Positions 17,885 to 25,950 of a stretch of 28,754 nt of DNA are shown here, piece by piece (position 1 is the stretch's first letter; every line of letters begins with the position of its first letter). Below the pieces are notes generated by a model that was not told the origin of the DNA, made no database searches, and saw nothing but the letters and a program-made list of their open reading frames with translations. This stretch comes from Promethearchaeota archaeon (lineage in GTDB: Archaea > Asgardarchaeota > Lokiarchaeia > Sigyniarchaeales > SOKP01). Where the stretch lies: assembly GCA_019058015.1 (NCBI GenBank), contig JAHLWH010000137.1:1-28754 (forward strand). Reading direction: 5' to 3'. A program made the position numbers and the translations under genes.

Positions 17885-18166
17885 TTAATAAAAAGTTGTT
17901 TTGAAATTGGAATAATTTTTGATCTCATGGCTAAATTTATAATCTATTTTATCAACTTGTGCCCATCTTGGTCCTATTTTAGAAAATTCGATCAATTCAT
18001 TCAATTTATCCAAGGGACCTTCTGCCTCAATTAAAACAGTACCATCTGACATGTTTTTTGCATAACCAGTTAAATTGAGTTTTTTTGCAACTCTTCTAGT
18101 TGTATCTCTAAAAAAAACGCCTTGAACTCTCCCATATACTTGAATTTTAACATGTTTAATTTCCAA
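17885..18166 (-). CDS. acyP: Acylphosphatase
   Basis: 'VYGRVQGVFFR' and 'LTGYAKNMSDGTVLIEAEG' signatures. TTG start with GAGGGG SD-like element. Confidence 0.95.
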   Translation of the reverse strand: MEIKHVKIQVYGRVQGVFFRDTTRRVAKKLNLTGYAKNMSDGTVLIEAEGPLDKLNELIEFSKIGPRWAQVDKIDYKFSHEIKNYSNFKTTFY

Positions 18167-18280
18167 TGCTTAATTTCCCCTCACTATAACTAAAAAAAAA
18201 CATTCTTAAAATATTTGGTTCTTTATTTTATATATAATTTTTATTTTAAATCTTAAAAAAAAAATCTTGGTTTATTTATA

Positions 18281-19411
18281 ATGAATCTTACAGAAGAAGA
18301 ACAGAAAGAAGTAATTAAAGTAATGGAATCTCAAATGTTGACATTATTAGCTGGAGATGTAGTAGCGAAATTTGAGAAAGAATTTGCCAAATATATTGGG
18401 GTAAAAACTGCGATTGCAGTGAATTCAGGCACAGCTGCTTTACATATTGCGATAGCCTCTTTAGATATAGGTCCAGGTGATGAAGTAATTGTTCCGCCGT
18501 TTACTTTCATCGCTACTGCAAGTTCAGTTATACACAATAACGCAATCCCGATTTTTGCTGATATTGATAATAAATCATATACACTTGATCCAGAATCAGT
18601 TAAAGAAAAAATAACTGATAAAACAAAGGCAATAATGCCCGTTCATTTAGCTGGAATAACTGCAGATATGGGCCCATTATTGGATATTGCTAAAGATAAT
18701 AATATATGCATTATTGAGGATGCCTGTCAATCTCATGGAGCGAAATATAGCGGTAAAAAAGTAGGTTCAATTGGGGATTTAGGGACTTTTTCATTCTACC
18801 CTTCAAAAAATATGACTACAGGAGAAGGTGGGTTAATCACAACAAATGATGATAATTTGGCAGAACAATGTAGATTAATAAGGCATCATGGTGAACCTTC
18901 TTGGTATGTATATAATAGGTTAGGATGGAATTATCGAATGACTGAAATTCAAGGAGCTATTGGAAGAGTACAGTTAAAAAAATTAGATGAATACGTAAAA
19001 ATTAGAAATGGCAATGCAAATTATTTAACTGAAGCTGTAAATGAGATCGAGGGCATAGATCCCCCTTTTATTCCAGAATATTGCAAACCAGCTTTTAATT
19101 ACTGGATTGGCCGAATTCATCCTGAAATTATTGGTTTGGATAAGCCAAAATTTTTAGAAAAATTTCCAAGTGGAAAGGTTTTATATCCCAAACCCTTATA
19201 TAAAACAAAATTATTTCAAGAAAAAGTTGGTTATCCTAAAGGCTGTCCATGGACTTGTCCATTTTACGGAAAAGAAATTGACTATACAAAAATAAAATTA
19301 CCTGTCGTTGAAAAAGTATCAAGTGAGATTTTTGCGTTGGATATTCATCCAGAAATAACAAGGGAAGATTTGGATGAAAATATAAAAATCTTAAGAGAAA
19401 TTGTCAAGTAA
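18281..19411 (+). CDS. DegT/DnrJ/EryC1/StrS family PLP-dependent aminotransferase
   Basis: NSGTAALH, GPGDEVIVPPFTFIAT, IIEDACQSHGA, SFYPSKNMTTGEGG (PLP Lys) and GWNYRMTEIQ. Confidence 0.95.
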   Translation: MNLTEEEQKEVIKVMESQMLTLLAGDVVAKFEKEFAKYIGVKTAIAVNSGTAALHIAIASLDIGPGDEVIVPPFTFIATASSVIHNNAIPIFADIDNKSYTLDPESVKEKITDKTKAIMPVHLAGITADMGPLLDIAKDNNICIIEDACQSHGAKYSGKKVGSIGDLGTFSFYPSKNMTTGEGGLITTNDDNLAEQCRLIRHHGEPSWYVYNRLGWNYRMTEIQGAIGRVQLKKLDEYVKIRNGNANYLTEAVNEIEGIDPPFIPEYCKPAFNYWIGRIHPEIIGLDKPKFLEKFPSGKVLYPKPLYKTKLFQEKVGYPKGCPWTCPFYGKEIDYTKIKLPVVEKVSSEIFALDIHPEITREDLDENIKILREIVK

Positions 19412-19422
19412 GGAAAAAATAA

Positions 19423-19662
19423 TTATTCCTTTTTAATTGGTTCAAATTCAAGGAAGACTGAATTCGGAGTAAAATCAACTGTTTCTTCGATAAGCTCATA
19501 TTCAAAATATTTTTTCAATAATTTCTGGGAAAGATATGTAAATTGGGAAAATCCGCCTTCAAACCATTATTATCATTAATGAAAGAAGATAAGCAATACG
19601 TGAAAGTTCATGCTGAGAAATTAATTAATAAAATCAAAACAAATTATGGGAACAAAAAATAA
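19423..19662. pseudogene. Possible remnants of two divergent genes (3' ends only)
   Basis: Minus strand 19423-~19554 reads ...GFSQFTYLSQKLLKKYFEYELIEETVDFTPNSVFLEFEPIKKE*. Plus strand ~19543-19662 reads LGKSAFKPLLSLMKEDKQYVKVHAEKLINKIKTNYGNKK* (HEAT-repeat-like). Both look protein-like but lack a convincing 5' part. Confidence 0.35.
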
Positions 19663-19719
19663 GCAATAATTGATTATATTTTAAGACTTATTTTTAAAAT
19701 ATCGAATCTTATATTGATT

Positions 19720-20640
19720 ATGGGACTATTTACCGTGAAAAATATAATAAGTTTTGTTTCCATGGGTCCATCATTTTTACAGTCAATAGTAAGAAATGTT
19801 CCGTTATATGTGAATTATGATTTAAGTTGGCAATGTAACTTAAAATGTAAACATTGTTATTTTTTCTCATCAACAACGGAATTAAAAAATAAAAGAACGG
19901 AATTATCGGACGAAGAATGGATTAAGGTTTTTAAATACCATAGAAATTTAGGAACAAAAATAGCTGTTTTAACCGGTGGAGAACCTACTTTAAGAATGGA
20001 TGTTATCAAAGAAGCGATTAAAATTTTTCCCTCAGTTCAGGTTGTATCAAATGGAGTTATAAAATTACCCCGATTTAATGGATATAAACAACCGAAATAC
20101 TGGGTAAGTATAGATGGTACCAAGGAAACTCATGATAAGATAAGAGGTGCAAGGGTTTTTGATAAAGTCATACAAAATATTCGGGAGAGCAATCCGGTCG
20201 TTACATCAACCATTATGACATTAAATTATAAGGAAATTGAAGATATTGTTAAGATTGCTCACGATAATGGTGCTTCTGGATTAATCTTTCTATTCTATAC
20301 AGACTATCCTGACAGCCCACTTTTATTAAAAGGTAATATATTAAAAAAGACAATAAAAGACATTTTAAAAGTAATGCGTGAATACGGAAATTTTATTTTT
20401 TATTCCAAAAAAATGTTAGAAGTATACTTGTCAAAAGAATTTGTGCCACATTGCATATTTAGAACTGGTCAAGTAAAAAGTTTCTATCCTGATGGAAAAC
20501 AAAAGTTTTGTGTCATGGGAAATTCACCACTTTTATGTGACAATTGTGGATGTGTCGTGCCAATAACTGCTTATGCCTTATTTAAGAAATTTGATTCCGG
20601 TACAGTTGATAAAGCGAGAAAATTGTTTAATTTCATGTAA
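19720..20640 (+). CDS. Radical SAM protein with C-terminal Cys-rich auxiliary-cluster region
   Basis: CNLKCKHC, LTGGEPTLR and VSIDGT..HDKIRG; C-terminal C...FCVMG....CDNCGC. TTG at 19714 is an alternative start. Confidence 0.9.
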   Translation: MGLFTVKNIISFVSMGPSFLQSIVRNVPLYVNYDLSWQCNLKCKHCYFFSSTTELKNKRTELSDEEWIKVFKYHRNLGTKIAVLTGGEPTLRMDVIKEAIKIFPSVQVVSNGVIKLPRFNGYKQPKYWVSIDGTKETHDKIRGARVFDKVIQNIRESNPVVTSTIMTLNYKEIEDIVKIAHDNGASGLIFLFYTDYPDSPLLLKGNILKKTIKDILKVMREYGNFIFYSKKMLEVYLSKEFVPHCIFRTGQVKSFYPDGKQKFCVMGNSPLLCDNCGCVVPITAYALFKKFDSGTVDKARKLFNFM

Positions 20641-20760
20641 TTTTTGCTATTTTGCAAAATCATTTTTTATTTATGAGAATCAAACTTCAAACCTGAATGA
20701 TTAAACTAAATAGCTAATCTTTATTTTTTAAGCCAAGGAAAAATTTAAATTAATATTATC

Positions 20761-21420
20761 AAGAAATGGAATGATAAATTGAATTGGATCATCATAATTT
20801 TGGTATTTTTTGGATGTTTTAATTAGTCTTTTTTCATTACTTGGCTCAGGAGACTCATTAAAAGACAGTTTAGGAAAACGGAATGGACGGATTACTTAGA
20901 TTCCCTTGAACACGTCAATATTAATCTAACCAAGCCTAATATCATCATCATTCTCACGGATGATATGGGATATCAGGACATTTCTTGTTTTTGAGCGAAA
21001 ACCGTACATACTCCTCACATTGATGCTCTGGCAGGTGAAGGTGTTATTTTCACGAATTTTTATTCCTGCTCTCCTATATGCTCACCTTCTCGTGCGGGGC
21101 TTTTAACCGGCAAATATCCCGTAAGAACGCATGTTCCCACGGTTTTTTTCCCGAAAAAATCAATTTTTTCTTTATTATCATTCCTATTCACTTACTCTTA
21201 CGGAGTAAAAGGCATTTCAAAAGATGAGATCACGATTCCTGAAGCATTAAAAAAAGCGGGCTATGCAACGGGAATGCTTGGAAAATGGCACTTGGGAGAT
21301 AAAAGCCCTCAGTTACTTAATGATAAGGGAGTTGATTTTTTCTATGGTGCCCTCTACAGCAATAACATGAAGCCCTATGAGATTTAAAGAAATAAAAAGA
21401 TGGAGATTGAGACTCCGGCG
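20761..21420 (+). pseudogene. Degraded arylsulfatase pseudogene (not in ORF track)
   Basis: One frame reads KPNIIIILTDDMGYQDISCF*AKTVHTPHIDALAGEGVIFTNFYSCSPICSPSRAGLLTGKYP...GYATGMLGKWHLG...FFYGALYSNNMKPYEI*RNKK. In-frame stops: TAG 20824, TGA 20992 and TAA 21385. The C-terminal two-thirds is missing. Confidence 0.9.
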
Positions 21421-21666
21421 AAGATCTGCAAGAATATCAAAGAGAGATGCAAAAACCACTAATTCTGTCGTTCTAAATGAGATAGATTTAATATTTAGCT
21501 AACATTTTAGAATCATACTCAATAATAAAAAACATTAAAAAAAATTTTTCAAATTGATAAAAACAGAATAACTTCGCTAAATATATATCTAAAAACTTTT
21601 AATTAACGATTGTATTTTAGAACATATCATTTTTTTCATAATTACAATCTTACTAAGTGATATATT

Positions 21667-22236
21667 CTGGAAAAAAAACTTACTCTTGAATATAAACATA
21701 AAAGATTTATTGAGATCAGTCTTGGATTAGGTGGGATTTTTGTTTTTTTTTGGTTGATTTCATTGGAACCTCCAATTCATATTACATTTATCTCTCATTT
21801 TATCTATATATGTTCTTTAATTAATATGATGATTTTTGATTTTAAAAACAAACATCTAACCACATTAATGGTTTCAACTCTGCCAACTAATGTTATTACA
21901 ATAGTAGCTTTTCAGATAGCAGATATTTATTATTCCCTAACAGTTCTGGGGTATTATATACCCGAGCACATGATCAGAAATTTTACCCTTCATGGGATTC
22001 CTTCAATTCTTGCCTATTATATTATTCGTATTCAAAAAGGTAAGATTTTCAATTGGGGAATATATAAAAATGTTTTAATTGTTTTTATCTTGTGGTGTTA
22101 TTTTATGGATTATAGATATACTGATCCCATATACGCTTACCCTTATATGTGGCTTATGTTTGGAAATTTAATTTGGAATACCGTATTTGTATATTTCTTC
22201 ATTAAATCTAGAGAGAAAAAGTTAGAAAAAATATAA
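21667..22236 (+). CDS. Hypothetical multi-pass membrane protein
   Basis: Five to six hydrophobic segments, including 'RNFTLHGIPSILAY'. The frame is open from 21661. The track start (TTG 21754) falls inside a TM segment, so CTG 21667 is proposed. Confidence 0.65.
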   Translation: MEKKLTLEYKHKRFIEISLGLGGIFVFFWLISLEPPIHITFISHFIYICSLINMMIFDFKNKHLTTLMVSTLPTNVITIVAFQIADIYYSLTVLGYYIPEHMIRNFTLHGIPSILAYYIIRIQKGKIFNWGIYKNVLIVFILWCYFMDYRYTDPIYAYPYMWLMFGNLIWNTVFVYFFIKSREKKLEKI

Positions 22237-22303
22237 AAATAATATATAGCATAACCTAATTTAATATTAATTATGAAATCTTATCTTAATTTCAAAATTT
22301 AAG

Positions 22304-23932
22304 TTGGAAATAAAGTTGTCTGATGTTAATGAAATCTTGGATAAAGCAAAAAATCTATTTGAAGAAGATAAAATCAATAAAGGATTATCAATTGTTTTAA
22401 AACTTTTGGAATCAGAAAGTTCTTTTGAGGAATCCGGTTCTCAAATTATGGAAATTCTAACTGATATGGGAAAAAAGAATCCAGAAATTGTTTTCCCATA
22501 TATTACTAAATACTATAAATCTATTAAAATATCAAAAATAAGGATGAGAATTATTTCTTTATTTAATATTTTTATCCAAGAACAGATAAATACTGAGGGA
22601 GAAATCGATGAAGTAAATCCTTGGTTTTTATTAATTCATACTTTTAAAAAATCTAAAGATCAAAGGGTATTAAATTTTGCTCTGAAGCAAGTAATTGATA
22701 TTTTCAATAAAGATAAAGAGGATTTTATAAAAAATTATACTTGGATTGCAGAGATCCTTGGAAATAAAACAATTTTAAATTCGGAATATGATAATCAAGA
22801 GGAAATTTATGGCTTTTTTGAAAATTTAGTTAATTCAGAACCAAAATTTATTGATGTTATCCTTCCAGTAATAAAGAAAATGTTTAAGAGTGAAATCCTT
22901 GCATCACGAATTGAGGCAATTAAGGCAATCGGGTGTTTAAGCTTATATGATGTTTCCAAATTCAAAGGATTTATCTTTAAAATTCAAAAGTTAATTTCAA
23001 TAAAAAATATTCAATTTAGAAGCTATATTATTCAAACTCTAGGTAGATTTGGATTCTCTGATTTTAATATATTCAAAGCCTTACTCCCGAATATAATTAG
23101 AGTCTCTTTTTATCCTGATTTAATACCAGGATTAGGAAAAGTGTTAGCACTACTTATTCAGGATCACTCAGATGACATCTTGAATGAAATTAAAGTGCAA
23201 TATAATGAGAAAAAATTAAAAGAAGGATTAATAAGCCTGATCCAAAAATTAATCAAAACTTCAGCTAATAAAGTAGATGAAAAATTTATCGATTCTTTAA
23301 TTGAAATAGAAAAAAATAAAAAAATAATTCAAAAACTTGGAGATATCAAAAGCTCAATTAAAACTTATCAAGATTCCTATAGAATATGTCCAATTTGTTT
23401 TACAAACAATAAATTAACTTCAAAATTCTGTGCAAAGGAAGGATTCAAATTAGTTCCAAAGGATGTAAAAATTCTTGAAGAAATAGAGGAAGAAGTAGAA
23501 AAGGAAGTAGAAGTTAAAGAAGAGGAAGAAATAAAGAAAGAGGAAGTAAAAAAGGAAGAAGAAGTTAAAGAAGAAGTAAAAGAGGAAGTAGAAGAGATAG
23601 AAGCAGAGAAGAAAGAAGAAATTAAAGAAAAGGTTGATATTGAGGAGAAAGAAGTAGAAAAGGAAGAAGAAAAAGAAGTGAAGGAGGAAGAAGTAAACGA
23701 GGAAATAAAAGAGATAGAAGCAGAGATGAAAGGAGAAATCAAAAAAAAGGTTGAAATTGAGGAGAAAGAAGTAGAAAAGGAAGAAGAAATCAAAGAAGAG
23801 GAAAAAGTGGAGGAAGAAGAAAAAAAAGTGAAGGAGGAAGAGGTAAAAGAGGAAAAAGAAGTCAATGAAGAGGAAGAAGTAAAAGCGGAAGAAGAAGTTA
23901 AAGAAGAGAAAGAAATTGAGGAAAAAAAGTAA
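22304..23932 (+). CDS. HEAT/ARM-repeat protein with degenerate zinc ribbon and long Glu/Lys/Val-rich tail
   Basis: Helical repeats such as 'ILPVIKKMFKSEILASRIEAIKAIGCL' and 'IQKLISIKNIQFRSYIIQTLGRFG'; 'CPICFTNNKLTSKFCAKEG'; about 150-aa E/K/V low-complexity C-terminus. Confidence 0.8.
   Translation: MEIKLSDVNEILDKAKNLFEEDKINKGLSIVLKLLESESSFEESGSQIMEILTDMGKKNPEIVFPYITKYYKSIKISKIRMRIISLFNIFIQEQINTEGEIDEVNPWFLLIHTFKKSKDQRVLNFALKQVIDIFNKDKEDFIKNYTWIAEILGNKTILNSEYDNQEEIYGFFENLVNSEPKFIDVILPVIKKMFKSEILASRIEAIKAIGCLSLYDVSKFKGFIFKIQKLISIKNIQFRSYIIQTLGRFGFSDFNIFKALLPNIIRVSFYPDLIPGLGKVLALLIQDHSDDILNEIKVQYNEKKLKEGLISLIQKLIKTSANKVDEKFIDSLIEIEKNKKIIQKLGDIKSSIKTYQDSYRICPICFTNNKLTSKFCAKEGFKLVPKDVKILEEIEEEVEKEVEVKEEEEIKKEEVKKEEEVKEEVKEEVEEIEAEKKEEIKEKVDIEEKEVEKEEEKEVKEEEVNEEIKEIEAEMKGEIKKKVEIEEKEVEKEEEIKEEEKVEEEEKKVKEEEVKEEKEVNEEEEVKAEEEVKEEKEIEEKK
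23594..23788 (+). repeat. Imperfect ~78-bp duplication (117-bp period) within the acidic tail
   Basis: GAGATAGAAGCAGAG...AAGGTTGA.ATTGAGGAGAAAGAAGTAGAAAAGGAAGAAGAA at 23594 and 23711 (EIEAEKKEEIKEKVDIEEKEVEKEEE versus EIEAEMKGEIKKKVEIEEKEVEKEEE). Confidence 0.85.
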
Positions 23933-24002
23933 GTAATAAAAGATTTTCGGGAATAAATTCTATTATAATAAAGATTAAATCATTTTCATGGGATGTTACT
24001 TA

Positions 24003-24641
24003 TTAATCAATATAAATCCAGTCTTTCTCTTTATTATATGTGATTAATTTTTGTTTTTCTAATTTTTCTAATGTTTTATGCAACCTAGAATCTTTAATTT
24101 CTAAATATTCTTTTAACTCGTTAAAGGAACAATTTTCTTTATTTATGAGAAAAGTTAGGATTTTAAACTTATTTTTGAGCTTTCTTCTGTTTAAAATCGT
24201 ATCTATCCTTATATTAACATCATGCTGGAATGTCTTTAATTGCATCACATCATTTGCTAATTTACTTATTACTTCATCCCTTGTTTTAAAAACTGTAAAA
24301 CTGATTTGAAAAAATTTATTAATCTCTTTTTTTATCTCATCTTCTTCAAGAACTTTTAATCTTTCATCAATATCGTGTAATAATTGGATAAAATCTTGTC
24401 CTTCTTCATATTTATCGAGTTTAAACACAATAATGATTTCTTTTTCATCGTTATAAAATGAAACTGAATTCCACTTTGCTTCTTCTGTGATCATATAACT
24501 TGGAGTGAAATTGTGGCTTATTTGAATTTGCTGCACAATATTTTCTGGAACTTCCATGTCCTCTGGAATCTTCAAAGAAACAATTCCACCTTTCAACTGG
24601 TCCCACTTTATCAAGAAAATTCCTTGAGGAAATATTTTCAC
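24003..24641 (-). CDS. Longin/uDENN-like N-terminal domain, coiled coil and C-terminal winged HTH
   Basis: N-terminal 'GIFLIKWDQLKGGIVSLKIPE' resembles the uDENN/longin start motif. C-terminal 'KILTFLINKENCSFNELKEYLEIKDSRLHKTLEKLEKQKLITYN...WIYI' is a TrmB/ArsR-like wHTH. Confidence 0.65.
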   Translation of the reverse strand: MKIFPQGIFLIKWDQLKGGIVSLKIPEDMEVPENIVQQIQISHNFTPSYMITEEAKWNSVSFYNDEKEIIIVFKLDKYEEGQDFIQLLHDIDERLKVLEEDEIKKEINKFFQISFTVFKTRDEVISKLANDVMQLKTFQHDVNIRIDTILNRRKLKNKFKILTFLINKENCSFNELKEYLEIKDSRLHKTLEKLEKQKLITYNKEKDWIYID

Positions 24642-24779
24642 CTTACATAATTTAATTGAAATTAATCATCAATGTTAAAAAATTAATCTCTAATCTATCA
24701 ATTAAATATTTTAAATTAAAATATATGCACATAACATTTGGGTATTTTCACCTTACATAATTTAATTGAAATTAATCAT
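24633..24779. repeat. Exact 37-bp direct repeat, two copies 110 bp apart
   Basis: TATTTTCACCTTACATAATTTAATTGAAATTAATCAT at 24633-24669 and 24743-24779. Confidence 0.95.
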
Positions 24780-24802
24780 TATAAAATAATATAATTTACA
24801 CT

Positions 24803-25606
24803 GTGAAAAAACTAATGTGCTCTCAGAAATATCCCTTAATAGATGCTCACTGCCACTTAACGTGGAAATCATTTAATAAAGATTTAGATGATGTTATAAA
24901 AAGAGCAAGACAAAATAATTTAAAAGCGATAATTACAGTCTCTGCAACTATTAATGAGGCAGAAAAGAATTTGGAAATATGTAGGAAATATAAAAACTAT
25001 ATATTTCCCTGTATGGGACTAATTCCCAGGCTATATTTCGAGAAAAAAAGTATAGAATTACTAAAACAAAAAATAGAAAAATATCAAAATGAAATTGTTG
25101 GTATTGGAGAAGTAGGATTAGATTTCTATTGGGTGAAAGAAAGAGCTGCAAGGTCGGAATTGGTAAAAAAATTTCAAGAATTATTACCTTTTATAAAAAA
25201 AATGGGAATTCCTTTAGTAATACATGCACGAGATGCTGAACATAAAACAATGAAAATTTTAAGAAAACAAAATTTTGATGATTATAAGGTTTTATTTCAT
25301 TGTTATGCAGGTGATACTAATACCATTAAGGAAATTGTATCAAATACTTGCTGGTCTTTTACAGTACCAACTTCAGTAACATATAGAGGAGCTAATATTA
25401 ATGCCGCTAGACACATACCGTTAGATAGAATGATGCTAGAAACTGATGCTCCATTTCTTGCACCAAATAGAAATATTAAAAGAAATGAACCGAAAAATAT
25501 TGCCATCAGTGTTAAAAAAGTGGCAGAATTGAAAAAAATTACTGTAGATAGAGTTGCTAACGAGACTACTAAAAATGCTATAAATTTTTTTAATTTGAAA
25601 ATTTAA
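24803..25606 (+). CDS. tatD: TatD-family hydrolase/nuclease
   Basis: IDAHCH, GIGEVGLD, VIHARDA, FHCY, LETDAPFL and NEP motifs. The start could be ATG 24815. Confidence 0.93.
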   Translation: MKKLMCSQKYPLIDAHCHLTWKSFNKDLDDVIKRARQNNLKAIITVSATINEAEKNLEICRKYKNYIFPCMGLIPRLYFEKKSIELLKQKIEKYQNEIVGIGEVGLDFYWVKERAARSELVKKFQELLPFIKKMGIPLVIHARDAEHKTMKILRKQNFDDYKVLFHCYAGDTNTIKEIVSNTCWSFTVPTSVTYRGANINAARHIPLDRMMLETDAPFLAPNRNIKRNEPKNIAISVKKVAELKKITVDRVANETTKNAINFFNLKI

Positions 25607-25676
25607 ATAAAATCTAATTTAACCACCAATAAAAATATAAATTATTTCGATAATACATTAATTTAGGTAAAAATTA

Positions 25677-25940
25677 ATGCCAATCTATACTGTATATATT
25701 TTAGAATGCACCGATAAACGAAGACGGCATCAATATTATACAGGATATACAAATGATTTTCAAAGAAGATTTATAGAACATCAAAATGGAAGAGGCGCAA
25801 AATTTTGTCGCAATAAAGAACTAATACTAAAATATATAGAAAGTTATCCAAAAAAAATTGAAGCAATGAGAAGAGAAAGAGAAATTAAATCTCTATCTAG
25901 AAAAGAGAAAATTGAATTGATAAAAACACAACAAATTTAA
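25677..25940 (+). CDS. GIY-YIG nuclease, UPF0213 (YhbQ/YazA-like)
   Basis: 'VYILEC...YYTGYTNDFQRRFIEHQNGRGAKF...EAMRREREIKSLSRKEK'. Confidence 0.92.
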   Translation: MPIYTVYILECTDKRRRHQYYTGYTNDFQRRFIEHQNGRGAKFCRNKELILKYIESYPKKIEAMRREREIKSLSRKEKIELIKTQQI

Positions 25941-25950
25941 GTGCTACTTT

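Noticed and set aside
19720-20640. Radical SAM as anaerobic sulfatase maturase (anSME) for the adjacent sulfatase
   Set aside because: It is short (about 306 aa) and lacks the full two-cluster SPASM Cys pattern expected of anSME; adjacency alone is not enough.
20992-20994. In-frame TGA in the sulfatase as selenocysteine (tempting given PSTK)
   Set aside because: It aligns to a conserved Gly (GGA to TGA), not a Cys, and the same frame also has TAG and TAA stops.
23377-23865. 162-aa Ser/Phe-rich minus-strand ORF
   Set aside because: Antisense shadow of the GAA/AAA-rich acidic tail.
24633-24779. Minimal CRISPR array
   Set aside because: Only two copies, a 73-bp spacer that is too long, overlap with a start codon, and no cas genes in the window.
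14071-25506. Short overlapping ORFs at 14071, 15763, 17051, 18331, 24040, 24951 and 25303
   Set aside because: Each overlaps a well-supported gene and has no motif.
25677-25940. GIY-YIG as a homing endonuclease or mobile element
   Set aside because: Stand-alone 87-aa UPF0213 type with no DNA-binding extension, intron or terminal repeats.
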